Virus record (IMG/VR): IMGVR_UViG_3300009068_000024
Span: 32,001 to 96,000 of that record
Reading direction: 5' to 3' (one strand)
Source: a virus
Length of the DNA: 64,000 bases
Shown: in pieces, positions 38,201-53,200 of the stretch
Layout of the letters: every line of letters starts with the position of its first letter
How positions within the stretch are numbered: position 1 is the first letter of the stretch
Made by a program: the position numbers and the translations under genes
Notes under the pieces: model-generated
What the model saw: the letters and a program-made list of their open reading frames with translations, nothing else
The model's database searches: none
Told to the model about the DNA's origin: nothing

Positions 38201-41200
38201 TAAAAAGACTACTACTGAAGAAACTAGAACTCCACGAGGCGGAAAAGCTAGAACTCCAGATGTAAAAAAACCTGAAGATGTTAAACCTGGAGACATTCTT
38301 TACGACAAGGACGGAAACCTTCACGGTAAAGTTATAAGAATAAGTAAAGACAGAAACGGTAACTGGCATTACTGGGTAGAAGGTAAAGACTACAAACCTG
38401 GAGATGTATTTCCAACAGGTCTAGATGAGTACGTTATTCACAAAAATGGAGTTGCTTATCTTACTAAAGCGGGAGCTAACTTTGTACCTGATGAAGGCCC
38501 AGACTTTGTCTATCCTTTGCCAGAAAAACTTGACTCTTCTAATGCTGACGGTGTAAAAGCTGAAGATCTTAAACCTGGAATGGTTTACGACAGCCCAGAC
38601 GGTCCAGCCAACGTTGTTAACGTTATCGAGCACGGTATCGGTGTGCCTGATGTTAAAAAGTCTAGCGATCGAGTTGTTGTTTACGTAGGTAAAGATGGTG
38701 AAGTCAAGCACGAAGTTGTTCCAGTTGGAACCTTCAAAAAAGTACTAACTTCCTCTAAGTCAAATGTTCCTGCACCTGCACCTGCTCCTGCACCTGCTCC
38801 TGCACCTGAAAATGAGAATCAAGGTGGAGAAGGTAATGGCAATGGTAGCGACAGAGGCGGAGAAGGTAGTGGTGGCGGTGGAGGTGGACGCGGCGGTAAC
38901 GCTCCAGAACCTGTCTCTGAAGAGCCTGAAGTTAAACCAGAGGCTGCCCCTGAAACTGAATCTAAACCAGAATCAGAAGTAACAAGAGAAGATCCTGTCG
39001 GCAAGGGAAAAATTGACCCTAAGGGTTATGCAGAAAAAGGCTATGTGCCAATGGTACATCCTAAGCCAGAATTCCCTGCCGAAACCGACGAGAAAAAGCT
39101 CATTGAAAAAGGCTTTGAGATTGAAGAGCAAGACAATAGGGGAGAACCTTCTCAAAACCGTGAAGAAGAAGAAGAGGGCGAAGAAGGTGCTCTTCCTACT
39201 GAAGATACTTCAGACTTTGGTGCAGGTAAAAAAGTAGTTATTCTTTGGCACAACAAAGACTTCAGTGCTCCAGGTGCTCGTATAAAGATTACTTTCACAA
39301 GAAAAGCTGACGGATCTTTAGATAAAAGATTTACTCAAATTCAGTGGAAGAACTGGGATGGAACTATATCGGGAGATGAATACGGTCCTTCAGAAGTATT
39401 GAATATAGGAGATTCTGAATCAGAAATCTTCAGAATGGAGTTCAAGCATACTGTAGGAATTCTTGCAAGAAGAAATGAAGAATATAACGATGGAGAACTA
39501 CCTGGAACAGTTCCTCACTTCTTTAGAAAAGTTGGAGACGACTACATTTGGAGAGCTGTAAAAGATCCTAAGACTGGAAAATGGAAAGCAGCTAGAGATC
39601 AAAAAATAGATTTAGTGAAGAAGCCTCCATTTGGAGCTATTATATCTAACAAGGATGGTAAGTGGACCGCTACCATTCTAGATCCAAAGGGTAATACAGT
39701 TGCAACTTTTGAAGTTGATGGCGATGAGAATGACAAGTCAGCTCTAGAGAATCTTATAAACCAGTCTTACGTTGAACTTGCTAAGAGATATAGAAACATT
39801 AATGCTCCAGCTACTGCACCTGCTCCAGCTGCAAGACCTGCCGGTAAAGCAACAGACGAGCACAGTTTCCCTCTACCTGATGACGTAAAGATGTGGAAAA
39901 TTAGAGACGGCAGAATGACTGAATATCTTATGGGTTATGAAGAGGGTGTAGATGAGTTTGGGAAGCATTACATTAAAATCCCTAAAGATTCAAGATTTGC
40001 TGCAATACTTCAATATATTGAAAGTCTAGGCCATTGGTATGTTGGATTAGCAGATGTTAATAGTTCCTTGGATCGAGAAAGAGGTATAAAAGAAGCTTTA
40101 TCTATTTCTGACAGTTCTAAAGTCGTTAAAGGTGATATAGATGACCCTAAAGTTTGGGAAGAAGCTTTAAAAGAAGCTAGAAAACTTATATCTGATGCAA
40201 TAGCCAATCGTGATGGTAAAAATGTTCGTTATGGATATGAACATCGTTCAATAGAATCTTTAGATGATATTAGGGTAAATGACTATATAATTTTTAGAAC
40301 TAGCTACCCACCTTCCATAAACTATGCTGACACTGATCGTCCGGAAGAATATATTTCAGGCATTATAGGTAAAGTACTATCCATCGGTAAAGATAAAGAA
40401 GGCAATCGTACTTTTAAAATCCAAGGAAAAGACGGTAAAATTAAAAATCTTACCGACAAAAAACTAGATTATGTCGGCGGTGCAGTAAGATTCTCTGATG
40501 ATGACCCAAATATTAATGTATCTACAACTGAAATCGTTAAAAAACGACTTGCAAAACGTGAAATGAGAGAATTACGTTTTTCTATTGAAATGGATATAGA
40601 TAAAGATCCTAATAAGTCTGAAGATTCTTTAGAAAAAATTTATAAAGCTGTAGAAGATAAAATTGGACCTGATCTTAGTGAAGATCATATATTTGTTCAA
40701 GGGTTGCAAAAAGCTCTTTCCAAAAAAATGTATGATAAGTCAAATACTAAAGCTTACCTCACCGAAGAAGAAATCTACGAAATAGTTGATAATTTTATAA
40801 AAGAATACTCCACTGAAAAGAAGTCTAAGGCAACCCCTGTTCAGCCTGTTGAGGAAAAAGAAGCTATCCCTACAACTAGCCCAGCAGGATTAGTAGGTGA
40901 GCACAACCACCCGCTTCCAGAAGACGTACAGATGTTCCCTGCAGGTGTGGGAGAACCTTACGCTAAATATGTAATAAATGGAGAAGGATTCCAGCACGAA
41001 TCGGACTACCCTGACGTTCGTGTAAAAGATGGGCTTCGCTATGGAGTAGAGATTTATTATGAAGAAGCAATTGAGCCTAATAGCTACAACAAAAAGGGAA
41101 GAGTTGCTGGTTGGAGAATAAGTTTATTAAATAACAAATGGCGAGAAGATATGTCTAGACGTAGACTTATTGACTATAGAAATGCCGAGGTTCCAGGAGA

Positions 41201-44200
41201 TATTAATGATCCGGAAGTTTGGAAGAAAGCTGTAGAAGAAGCCAGAAAAATGTTGGCTAATGCAATAGCTGAAAACGGTGGAAATAATAACCCTTACACA
41301 TCCGAATACATTCCTTTAAAATCTTTGGATCAAATTCAAGCTGGCGACTATCTAATGTATGGTGGGCACTTCCCTCCAACTACTAGATGGAGGGGAACTA
41401 AAAGCGAAGAAACTAGTCCTAACTTCTATGCACAAGTTGTATCCGTTAAGACCGATGAAAACGGAAATAGAGTTTTTGAAATTAAAGAACCTAACCGTGC
41501 ACAGGGCGGGTATTACGATAATGTCTTTGTTAATGATGAAGAATTTTTAGATAAATTTGGTGGAATAACCGGCCTAGCTCGTTACTCTGACGAGAACTCA
41601 AACGTTAAGCCTGCTGCCGAACCTGTAGCCGAAGCTCAGGTAGAAGAAGAGCCTAAAGAACTTACCGAGGAAGAACGTCAGGCTAACCGAGATGCTTGGA
41701 CCGAGGCTGGAAAACTTTACAGAGAATATAAAGCTGCAAGCCGAGCAAAGAATAAAAAGCGTGAAGCTAAGCGCCTAAGACAAGAACTAGAGCAGTTCCC
41801 TGTTGTAGTGCTACACGAGAAACTTAGAGAACTTAGAGATATTCTAGACAACACTAGAAACTCTTCAACAGATGAAAATGAAAGAAAAGCGGCATCTAAG
41901 AGAGCCGCTGAAGTAACTGACGCTATGAAGCAGCTTAATGTACTTACTAACGAGGGTATGAAAGAGGGATCTGTAAAACCAACTGATCCTCTAAAGTTTA
42001 ACTTTGACGATCTTTTCAAAGAAGTAGAAGCACAGGATGGCATTTCTGAATCTGACGTTGAAGAAGCTGCAGAAGAGCCAGAAGTTGTAGAAGAACCAGC
42101 AGCCGAACCTACAGAAGAACCTAAGAAAAACGTCATTGAGACTGCTGGCGGAGTTCTAGATTTTGATGCTTTATCTCCAATGCAACTAGGAAAAATTAAA
42201 GCCCACCTTGACAAGAAAGTTCGCTGGAATGGCGAGGTAATGACCTACCATGAACTTTATAGCAGATTTGCTATCGGTAGACACAAGAGCCAAAACCTTA
42301 AAGATGTTGACTATGTAAAAGGTGAGTCAGTTAAGTCTTGGGGACCTATTAAGTATTTCCTTTTTGTAGATGAAAACGGTGGCATGATCGATGTTCCTAA
42401 GATGGTCTACGATGCTTTCAAGCCAAACAGCGATGATCCAAAATTGGATTCAGATGCCACTGCTCCAGTTCAAGAAGCTGAAATGGCTGAAAGACAAAGA
42501 AAGTGGGATGAGCAAGCTAAGGCAAAAGCAGAAGCTGAAGCTGCTAAACCTGCTGAAGAAAAGCCAGAGGAACCTGTTGAAGCTAAGCCGGAAGAGCCTG
42601 CTGCAGCTCCTGCAACTCCAGTAGAAACTCCTAAAGATCTTGGACCGGTTCAAATAACCAAAGATACAGCTAAGCAATATCTAGCCGAAAAGGTAGATGT
42701 TGGGTGGACTATCTATGGTCCAGATGGTTATGCTCTTGGAGTTGTAGTTAAGAAAGATACTCTAGGTAGAGTTGTTCAGCTAACCGTAAGAGGTCCTAAC
42801 GGGAAAGAAACTACATATAACTTCAACATGCTTACTAAGCTCAATGCCTTTAGTCCTAAAGACAAAAAAGATATCGAGAAAGCTAATAAGGCTAAGCCGG
42901 CTCAACCTAAGCCAGAACCTAAGCCAGAAGTTGTAGAAGAACCTACTTCAGAAGAAGCTCCAGATAAGATCTCCCGTGAAGACGGTTACAGACTGTTCAA
43001 TGCTGTTAAAGAAGTCTATGATTTCATCCACAGAATGAAAAGGACTGACGATCCCGACGCTGCAAAGAAAGATGCAAACGACAAGGTCAATCAGTTAGCA
43101 AAGATCTTAAATCCTGAAGATGTAGATGATTTTATTAGGTATGTAAATGCTATAAATAAAGAACCAGCACTTATAATGTCTAGCATAGATTATCAAAAGA
43201 ATTTTAGTGATTACTTAGACAAATATGCTTCAGGTCAGGGAGTTGCTAACAACCCTATCTACAGATCAGCTGACGGAAAAGAAATCAAAGAAGGTGATTT
43301 CTTGATGGTTGTAGGTGCAGATGGTGCTTTAAAGAAAATACAACTTAGAATCTTTAGAAGACCTAACCCTAGAGCACTCTCAGATAAGACAGACTTCATC
43401 GAGACAGGCTACTATCTTGAATTTTATAGGGATAAAGATCCTAGAATTGTAAGGATAGGTGACCCTAAAGAGTCATACTCACTAGATAAGGTATTCCACA
43501 GTCAAAATGAAGCTGAAATTAGAAATTTCATCCTCAATGGACGTAAGAGCGAGTCCACACCTGCAACTGCTGCTCCTATTGAATTCATACCTTCTTCAAA
43601 AATAAGAGGGCTTCAAGCTGGGGATCTTTTCTATATCTATGAAGCTGGCAACGGCTATGCCAAGCAATACATAGTTGGTTCTAATGGAGAGAGTGTATAT
43701 GAAGCAGTAAATGGGGAACTTCCAGGAGGGGCTGAAGAAAATGTTATAAGACCTGACGATCTAGACTCTATTGCAGAAAGAGTAGCTACCGGTAGTGGAG
43801 AAGAAGTTTACAGAGGACTTATCCCCACAGATGAAAATGGGAACCCTCTCTCAGCTAGGCAGCACAAAGCTAGACTTGAGTCGGCTGCTACTAGTGCTCC
43901 TGAGATTAAACCTGAAACTAAACCTGAGCCTGAAGCATCTAAGTCTTACAACAAAGACCTAGAAAATGATCTAGCTGTATTTAAAAATGTTCTAGAGAAT
44001 GCAATTGAAAACTTTAGAAACCAGCCTGGTGCAGACAAGAATATCTACAAAGCTGCAGCTAAAGAACTTTACAATGAACTTAAAAAGCTGAACTCACTTT
44101 ACGAAGATTCCACTACAAGTGGTGATGATCTAGAGCAAATTCGTAACGTTTATGACGATAAAATCCGTGATCTAGGCGACGTTCAATCAGCTAAAGAAAA

Positions 44201-47200
44201 GTCTAACCCTAGCCAAAACCGTGAGGGCGATCAAAGAAATATTACTCAAGATACCGATCAAGTTTCAATTGCAGCTATAGCAGATGCTTTAGCAAATGGC
44301 GATATTAATAATGTAAATTCTAATGAAGACCCGTCTGACATATTTGCATCAAAAACCAATTTCGGAGTAAGCATGTTGCTCAAGCAGGTAACAGCTATGA
44401 GACTTCTCAACTATATGCCAGATGCCAAGTTTGACGATCTACTCAAAGCTTCTATAGAAGTAGATACACATCCGTTGTTTAGACAAGGTGGCGGTCTAGC
44501 TATCTATTACATGGACTTTAATTCTGGACAAGCATCATATTCACCACTTCCAGGCCAAAGAAATCCTGTGTGGATATACAATGCCCTCAATGCAGATATG
44601 TCAGATATAAAAGAAGGAACAGAACTTCTAGTTACCGATGCTAATGGTAGCGATAGTCTTTCAAATGTATCAATAATTACTGTAAATAAAGAGCTTTTAA
44701 ATTCCGTTCTTAAAACAATGGGAGATACCAATTCAAACAGTATCGTGAGATTTATAAACGATGAGCTCTTCCTTAGAGTGCACTCAAGTTCTAGTCAAGA
44801 AGATGTTGACGATATAAAGAAGATAATGATATCTCACTTGATTCACAGCTGGGCAATATCTTCTAATGATAGAAGCCTAAAGTCTCATGCTTTGCAAAGT
44901 TTAGCTAGAGAAATATTTGCTATGGACTCTAATTCAACAGCTGGCTGGAATTTTACTTCAAATCTTGCTGATTCTGATCTTGATATGTATAGGGACAGAG
45001 GGTATATACCTTATGAAGTAAAAGATTTAGTAGATTTCAATAATTATCTAAAGGGATTTATTGATCAAGAAATTAACGATCACAGGACCGTTTATGCTCA
45101 GTTCTTACATGCAATGTACAATGCTACCCAGGATCTACTAAAGGATCAGGGAATAGATGGTTTCGTTCTATACAGAGGAACTACTTCCAAAGAACTTACT
45201 GAAACCTCTCAAAGTCTAGGATCTACTGGAATATTTAGATCTAATGTTAAGCAGAGACCGATGTCTTCATGGTCAACTGATATCTATCAGGCTGGTAGCT
45301 TTGCATCTAGAGCTTCTGGCAAAGATACAATAGTTATGGCTACAGTAATTCCGGCTGACAAAATTATTTCATTTTCCGGATCTGGATTTGGATCTTACGA
45401 CGAGCGTGAGGTTGTTGTTTTAGGTGGAGAGATTAGAGAAGCTTTTGCTATTAGTCATGGATACCCTGGAGTTGTAGATCAAAGTCTTCAAAATCTCAAG
45501 ACTGAGGTTGTGGATCAACTTGCAAATAGTAGAAAGGTTCTAGATACTGACCGAGCAAGTGGCCAGCAGGTAGTTCAGGAACAAAGCAAGCCGTCTCAAA
45601 ACAGAGAAAACACTATAAACATTGATGACAATGATGGAAACTCAGACTGGATTAAGACAGTAGGCTGGGACCTACCTATCAACGTTGATAATTTCTTAAA
45701 GATGTTTAATGACAGGGAGCATCTTTCAAACTTTATGTCTAAGCCTACTGCTGAAGGTATGCCTGAAGAAATGCTACGCAACCTATGGCCGGCTGCTGAC
45801 AAGTATTTTGACAAGATAGAGTCTGCTCCTAAAGAAGAAGAGCCTAAATACCTACCAGAGCCTTTTGATCCAAGAAACCCTCAAATCGATCTAGATGAGT
45901 ATTACAACTACGACTACACCAGAATGCCTGATGGAACTCCGTTTAACTCTGAAGATCAGCAGCAGATGGATGCGGTAGAGAGAAAATTAAAAAATATTCT
46001 TAAAGGTAGCGATGGCTATGTCAATCCATCTGCTCTAAAAAATACAAAGAACTTTAGAAGAACTATTTACCAGCAGATAATTGCTAAACCTAATGAAAAC
46101 TCTTCTACTACAAGAGAGAGCATTCTTAAGCAAATAGAGTTTAGCGATAAACCTGCTGTTGAGTACTACGATGAAACTAGCGGAGTTAACTACATTAGAT
46201 ATGTAGACACATTCACAGATAAATATGGAAGAAAATACTATCTATCAACTAATATTGATAAGAGTTCTGGTCGTCAAACTGTAATTGCTTACGATGCACA
46301 AAACTATGAAAACATGGCTCTTCCGGAAGACTACGTAAGAAATGATCAGCCTGTATCTGGAATTAGTGACGTTGGTGTGCTTAGAAGTTCTGTCTATGAA
46401 GATCCATCTAAATCTGAAATTCAAAGTGCGTTAGTCAGCTATAACTACCAAAGAAGAGGTCTAGCAACAGCTATGGTGGCTGCTCTAGAGAAGAGAATAG
46501 GTATGCCAGTAGTTCACTCGGAGCACCTGTCTACCATGGGATTTGCTTTCTCTAACAGCATCGACCCTGGCAAGCCTGAGCTACACAATAACGAGAAATC
46601 TATAAAACTACAGGAAGACAATGCTCCTTCTCAGAATCGTGAAGGATTCTTCAAGAGAAACAAAGCCAAGAAGGAACCTTTTGACCCTACAGATCCTACC
46701 GTTGATCTAGAAAAGTATTACAACTATGACTACACTAAGCTACCTGATGGCACCCCATTTAGTGTCTATCAGCAGCAGCAGATGGATATTCTTAAAGATG
46801 CAATTGACAACGAAACCGATAACTTTGAAAGAAAACTACGTATCGATGAGAGAAGACGCATCTATCAGGGATATACTGCTAAGCCAAACTTAAAGTCCGG
46901 CACTAATCTTGAAAGTATTGAAAACCAGGTGGGACTTCTAGATGAAAATACTTCTAGAATGAGCTATAGCGGTGCCGGTAAGCCTTACGCAGATCTTTCA
47001 CCAGAATACAAGCAGAGCACTCAGTATATTGATGAGTTCACTGATAAATATGGTAGACAGTATTGGGTAGTTACCAAGGTAGTAAACGGCCTCGGTATGT
47101 CAAACGTAAAGATCTACGATAAGAGTAAAAACTCAGTGCAGGATCTTCAAGATAATTCAGAGGATAGAACTCCTGTATCTATGCTAGATGTCTTTAATAA

Positions 47201-50200
47201 CAAAATTAGTATGGTTTACACCTCAGATAGATACCTAAGAAGAGGATTAGCTACTGCGGCCCTTTACCTAGCAAGAAAGCGTTCTGGAAAAGAAGTTCAG
47301 CATTCAGAAATGCTAACTAATTTTGGTAGAGCATTCTCCCTTTCAGTTGACCCTAACCCTGATCTTCACAGAAACAGTGAGTCAAAAGATGCCCTATCTA
47401 ACAACCAGCCTTCTCAGAACCGTGAAAGAGAATACCTGCCAGAACCTTTTGACCCTAGTGATCGTAAAATTGATATGGATATTATCTATAACTACGATTA
47501 CACTAAGCTACCTGATGGCACTCCATTCAACGATAAGCAACAAAAAGCAATGGATCACGAGAATAAAATTCTTGAAGAAGCTATAGCTTCCGGAGATGAA
47601 TCAAAAATACGTGCAGCTAAAATTTCTAGAAGACATACATATAATACATTTATAACTGTAGCTAACCCAGACTCCAAAACAAACACTGAAACTATAGCTG
47701 ATCAGATTACTTTAGGTAAATCTAAACCTAAAAAGTTCACCGGGTTTGTCCGTTACACAGATAATTTTACAGATAAATACGGTAGAAAATATGTGATGTT
47801 TACTGACATAAGAACCGATGATAAGGGAGATAATTCTGCAATTGTAACAGTGCATGATATGAAGAGTATGTTCCTTGAGAAAATTTTTGTTCCTGAGGGT
47901 ATGGAAAATGTTGATCAATTTGGAGGAAAAAGTCTCCACTCAGCTGCGTTAAAAGTTGTCGATGATAATAGAAAAGATCCAGATGCTGCTGCTTATATTG
48001 GTATGGTACTTACTGATGATGCGTATAGACGCCGCGGTCTTGCAACAGCAATGCTGTACTTAGCTCGTAAGCACTACAGTAAACCTGTTAACCACTCAAG
48101 CACTCTTACCATGTACGGTAAAGCTTTCTCTAACTCTGTGGATGCTGGAAAACCAGACGTGCACGATTCTTTAGAATCTAAGCAGCTACAGATTGATCTT
48201 CTTAAGGAGAAGGGTCTTCCTGTAGAAGAGTCTGAACTTGATGGCGATGAAATTGATTACGGGCCTAGCCAAAATAGAGAAGGTACTTCAGAACCATCTA
48301 TTCTTAATGAATATCGTGAAGTAATTCCTTTAAATAATTCCTATAGAGATAAGAATGACCCTAATTTAGACATTACTGAATGGACTGGCGAAGGTGTCAA
48401 AATATATGGAATAGGTAATGGCGGTAATCCACTGGGCTATGTAAAAACTGAAAAGCTTGCTACAATGAAAGGCAATCTTGCAGATATGGAGAGCAGTACA
48501 TCTTCTATAGCTCGGGATCTTGAAGACGGTACTGGCTATTTAGAGCCAGTACTAGTTTGGTACAACCCTCTTACTGGAAAAGCTTTTATTGCAGAGGGAA
48601 ATCACAGGGTTGAAGCTGCACGTATAGCTGGAAGAGAATATGTGCCTGTTGTAGTTGGCGTTAGCACTGTAAAGTTTAAAAATCCAACTAAAATGGAGAG
48701 AGCCGGGGGGGTTGGAGATGCATTTTTAAATAAGGATGGAAGTTTAGATAACTTTGAAAATGTTAAAGATGGATCTCTTATAAATCCATACCACTTATTT
48801 AATGATGAAGATCTTTTATATCCTAAAACTAATTTAGATTCAAGCAATGTTTCTGGACTTACAGATGTACTCAAAATACAATCAGATCTTTTAGATGAAC
48901 TTATGGCTGAAAAGAAAGAACCCGGACCTAATGATATTGTTTATTGGCACGATCCTGACAGTTTTAATGCCAATAGCTCGATTGGGCATATGGGACATGC
49001 TTCAGAAAAATTAAAAAGTATTACTGCTAAAAACATAAGTGAAAACATGCTGTCTTCCGCTAAAGATATGCTAGATGCGGTTCACTACGCCATAACACTT
49101 AGTGAAGCTGTACGTAATAGAATTGGTTCGATAACCTCAGATACCTCGGAAATAGCTAAAAAAGCTATGCAAACTAGAGTAGATAGTTTAAATAGAGATT
49201 CTATTGTACTAATAATAGATGACTCTTATGATTCTCCATATGAAGGATTACGTTTAGAAACTTTAGGGGAGATATTGGATAATGTGGATCCTCACGAGGA
49301 GGGGGCTTACGGAGATAAATATGATGATCAAAGTATTGATTACAAAGCTCTTTTAAATGATTATTACGACGATTGGGATAGAAAAACATTATTTTTTGAT
49401 AATCCAAAAGATATGGAAGCACTAAAAGAAAAGGTAGCTTCAATTCTTGTTTCACAGTGGGCAGAAACATCTAACGGTAATGATATGGTTTCTCACGCTC
49501 TTCAAATGGCTGCAACTGAAGTATTTAAAATGCCTAATGGATCGTGGGCGGAGTGGAGATTCCCTAAAGGTCAGTATGGGGATCAAATTAAAGAAAATGC
49601 GGAATATCATTATGGAATATACGGAACAGTACTTAAAGATTTCTTAAAAACTATGTACGACCTTACTCAGGATCGGTTTAAAAACTATGGAATAAAGTAT
49701 TTAACCCTTTACAGAGGTACTGGAGTAGATGAAGAAGCTTTAAAAATGAACATTGATGTTGAACGTTATGGTGTAGGAGATATTGAAGTATTGCAAAGAC
49801 CTATGTCATCATGGTCTTGGCTTAATGGCAGTGCTTTCCAGTTTGCTACTAGTAGAATAAAACATAGAGCAGGAATGTTTATGGGAGCTATAATTCCCGT
49901 TGATCAGGTTCTTTCTATTCCTGGAACTGGTTTTGGTTGTTTTGAAGAAGCTGAAGTAGTTCTACTAGCAGGAAAAAATAGACTAGTAAGAGCTGTAATT
50001 AGTGATGATTCTCATAAAGTACTTGACCAAAAAACTTTTATTGCTGAAAATGTGGATAAAATACTTTCTTACTTATCAGATGAACTTCCTAAAGATAAAA
50101 ATGCTTTTTACAATTTAATAGAGTTCAACAGCAGTTCTTTTAATGATTCTAAGCCTTCTCAAAACCGTGAAAACAAGTCGGTTGACATTGACAGTAGCAC

Positions 50201-53200
50201 AGAAAACTCTGACTGGATTAAACCTTTTAGATGGGATCTAACTACTAACGTAAAGAGCTTCCTAAATAAATTTAAGACCAAAAAAGATGTCAAAGACTTT
50301 ATGGAACTTCCAGCAGCCGAGGCTATTCCAGAAGATCTAAAGAAAGAGCTAGATGCCAAGGAATCAAGTCTTCCAGAAGATTCTTCAGAATCTGGTGAAA
50401 AAGATACACCGATTTCTCTACAAGAATTGCACAGAACATTTATTACTTCTATATTAATGGGAGCGGGGGATCAGAGAACTAGGCCTATCCCTGGGATTGG
50501 ACCTGAATGGCTACCGGCTAGCGTTAATGAGGATAAGTTAACTAACCTTGAAAGACTTTCCATACATATGTGGTATATGGATGTTATGACTAATGGAGGA
50601 GCTTCTAATGCAACTCTCACCTCTAAAGCAGCTGATTATCTGACTAAATATGTTATCCCTCTTATTGATAGACATAAAGAAGAGTTTATGCTTCTCCCTA
50701 ACCATGACATTTATATCAACAAAGACAATAATGCCGCTATTAAAGTTCTTAGATTTATAACTAATCCAACTAAGAAAAATGGAAAAACTAACGTAAATAC
50801 TGACTATAGGGCAGCCTCTGCTGCTGGAGTAGCTAAATTTGCAAATAAACTTTCAAAAGTTTTAGCTAAAACAAGATTTAAATTCCCTGTCAAAGAACTT
50901 CAGGTAATAATTACTCACCCTAATATTGAAGATTTCTTTAAGAGAATAGATAATGGTGATGGAACTCATAGGCAAAGATTAGCTGGAATAGCTTTCCCTA
51001 ACCTCTTTATTCATGGTCAGATTTTAAACGAAGACGATAAAGCTCCTAGTCGTAAACTTACCGAAAACCCTAGACCGGATGCTACCGATTTAGAGGCCAC
51101 CATTGCTCACGAAATAGGTCATATTCTCCACCAAAAAGGTATCATCAATACAGCTGATCCAGCTACAAAAGACACTATTCGTAGATTTATGAATGAATAC
51201 CCTCTAACCGATTATGCAAATACAGACGAAGACGAGTATTTAGCTGAGGCATATGCTGGAATGATGTTGTCTGAAGATGGCATTGGCCGATACAAAGAAG
51301 TTGCTGATTGGATTAATAACCAGATCGACACTGTTGATGAAAGAAAAGAAAAAGCTGCTATAGATCTTCTTAAGACTATGCTAGATAAACTTGGTATTCC
51401 AGGTAGCAGCAAGCCTAGCCAAAATAGGGAAGGTTCTAGAGAACAGATTATTGCGTCTGCTGCAAAAGACATTGCTTCTAGCGGAATAGGTTTTGTGCCT
51501 GGAAAAGTTAAAAATGATATAAGCATAGCAACTGACGGTCCTGTAATAAATATCGAAGGATCTCCTAAAAAAGATGCAGTAGCTCCATCTGATCAGGCTA
51601 CCGCTATTAAAAATGAAATAATCGATCTAGGACATATGATTCTAGATGATGCTAGAGCTATTTCAGATGAGCAAGCTAGATCTGAAGGTCTTATCCCTGA
51701 AGGATTTACTGCTGAAGAATATAGAAAAAAACTAAAGAATGATGCTAGAACTGCAGAACTAAATATACTTATAGCAGAAAGTAAGTTTAAGGCTATGTCT
51801 CAGGATCTTATGAGAAATGCTTTTAATAGACTTTCTTACGAAGATAAAGAAGAGGTTTTCCAAAGCTTCAAAAAAGAAAATTCTAAAAATAGCATATTGT
51901 CAGGTAAAGATAAAAATACTTTTGATGCAGAAGAAACTTTTAATATGCTTCTAGTCGAGTATGGTGATGATCTTTCTCATAAGCTTGCTTACGATTACAG
52001 TACTCGATATCCAGAGTTTACTTTTGATACCGGTAAAACTGTACTACAAAGAACTAGAAACAGGAGCGGAAAACTAACTAAAGAAGTAGAAGAAAGAAAG
52101 ACTTTAGTAGACGTTACTTGGGCACATGAGGGACCTGACACTATTCTAAGTATGCTTACCAAGTGGGCAATTCAAACAGGCAAAATTGACATGTCAGATT
52201 TTGCTCAAAAAGCAGCTGAGATAAAAGAGCTAAGAGATCAGCTCAGAACTTCTCCAAAAGCAGAAGATTTTGTAGAAAAGTATCACTCTATAATTGGTAA
52301 AAATATTAAATCTCAGATGGAAAAAGCGGGAGTTGAATTTGACTCGGTGCCTGCACATGAGTTTTTTAATCAGTATAAGGACTACAAATATGTTAATAGT
52401 AATGAAAAATTCCAGGATATTAGAATAGATAGAAATAAGAACCTTATTAAAAATCTAGAAGAAACTCTTAGTTTTATTCCTAAAGATATTATTCTAGCTG
52501 GAATGGAATATCTAGCTAATACTGGTGGAAAACTTGGGGTTCAAATTTCCGACGCACGTGCGCAATTTAAACAGCACTGGAAAAATAAAAATTTAATAAA
52601 TTCATTGAGATGGAAAAAAGAGCAGGGAGATGGAGGATTCTTCCGTGGGAGATCAACTGACGACTACCTACACGAAGTTTGGCATTTCTTCCAGATGATC
52701 AACCATGATATTGCAGCTTTAGAGCACGCTTTCTCTTATGACAGAATTAAAGCATCTGACAACACTAATATCATTCCGTCAATGGAACTTTATGGAAATT
52801 GGGTAGAAGAATCCTTCTCCGGGGCAAAGGTGGCAGATCCTTATACTGTGAAGGTATATCCTCGTTCAACCAGTAAGTTTACTACCTTCAGTCCGAACAA
52901 CCACAGTGCCGAAGTTATAACTACTACAATGCAGGATCTATTTACTTCTCCTGGTAGCTTCTCTACTCCTAAGGGAGTTACGGTTAAAACTGGAAAAGGC
53001 AAAAATACTACGTTGTTTAGCGATGCTCATATGGATATAGCTACTGGCATTTGGTATACTGATGCCACCATGACAACTAAAATTGACCCTAAGCTGATCA
53101 CTGGAATTGAAGGACTAGATCCTTCGAATGACACTGACTGGGATCTAAAAGCTTTTGGAATCGGTCTACTGATGTCGCTATTGAACTGGGAGAATAAGTA

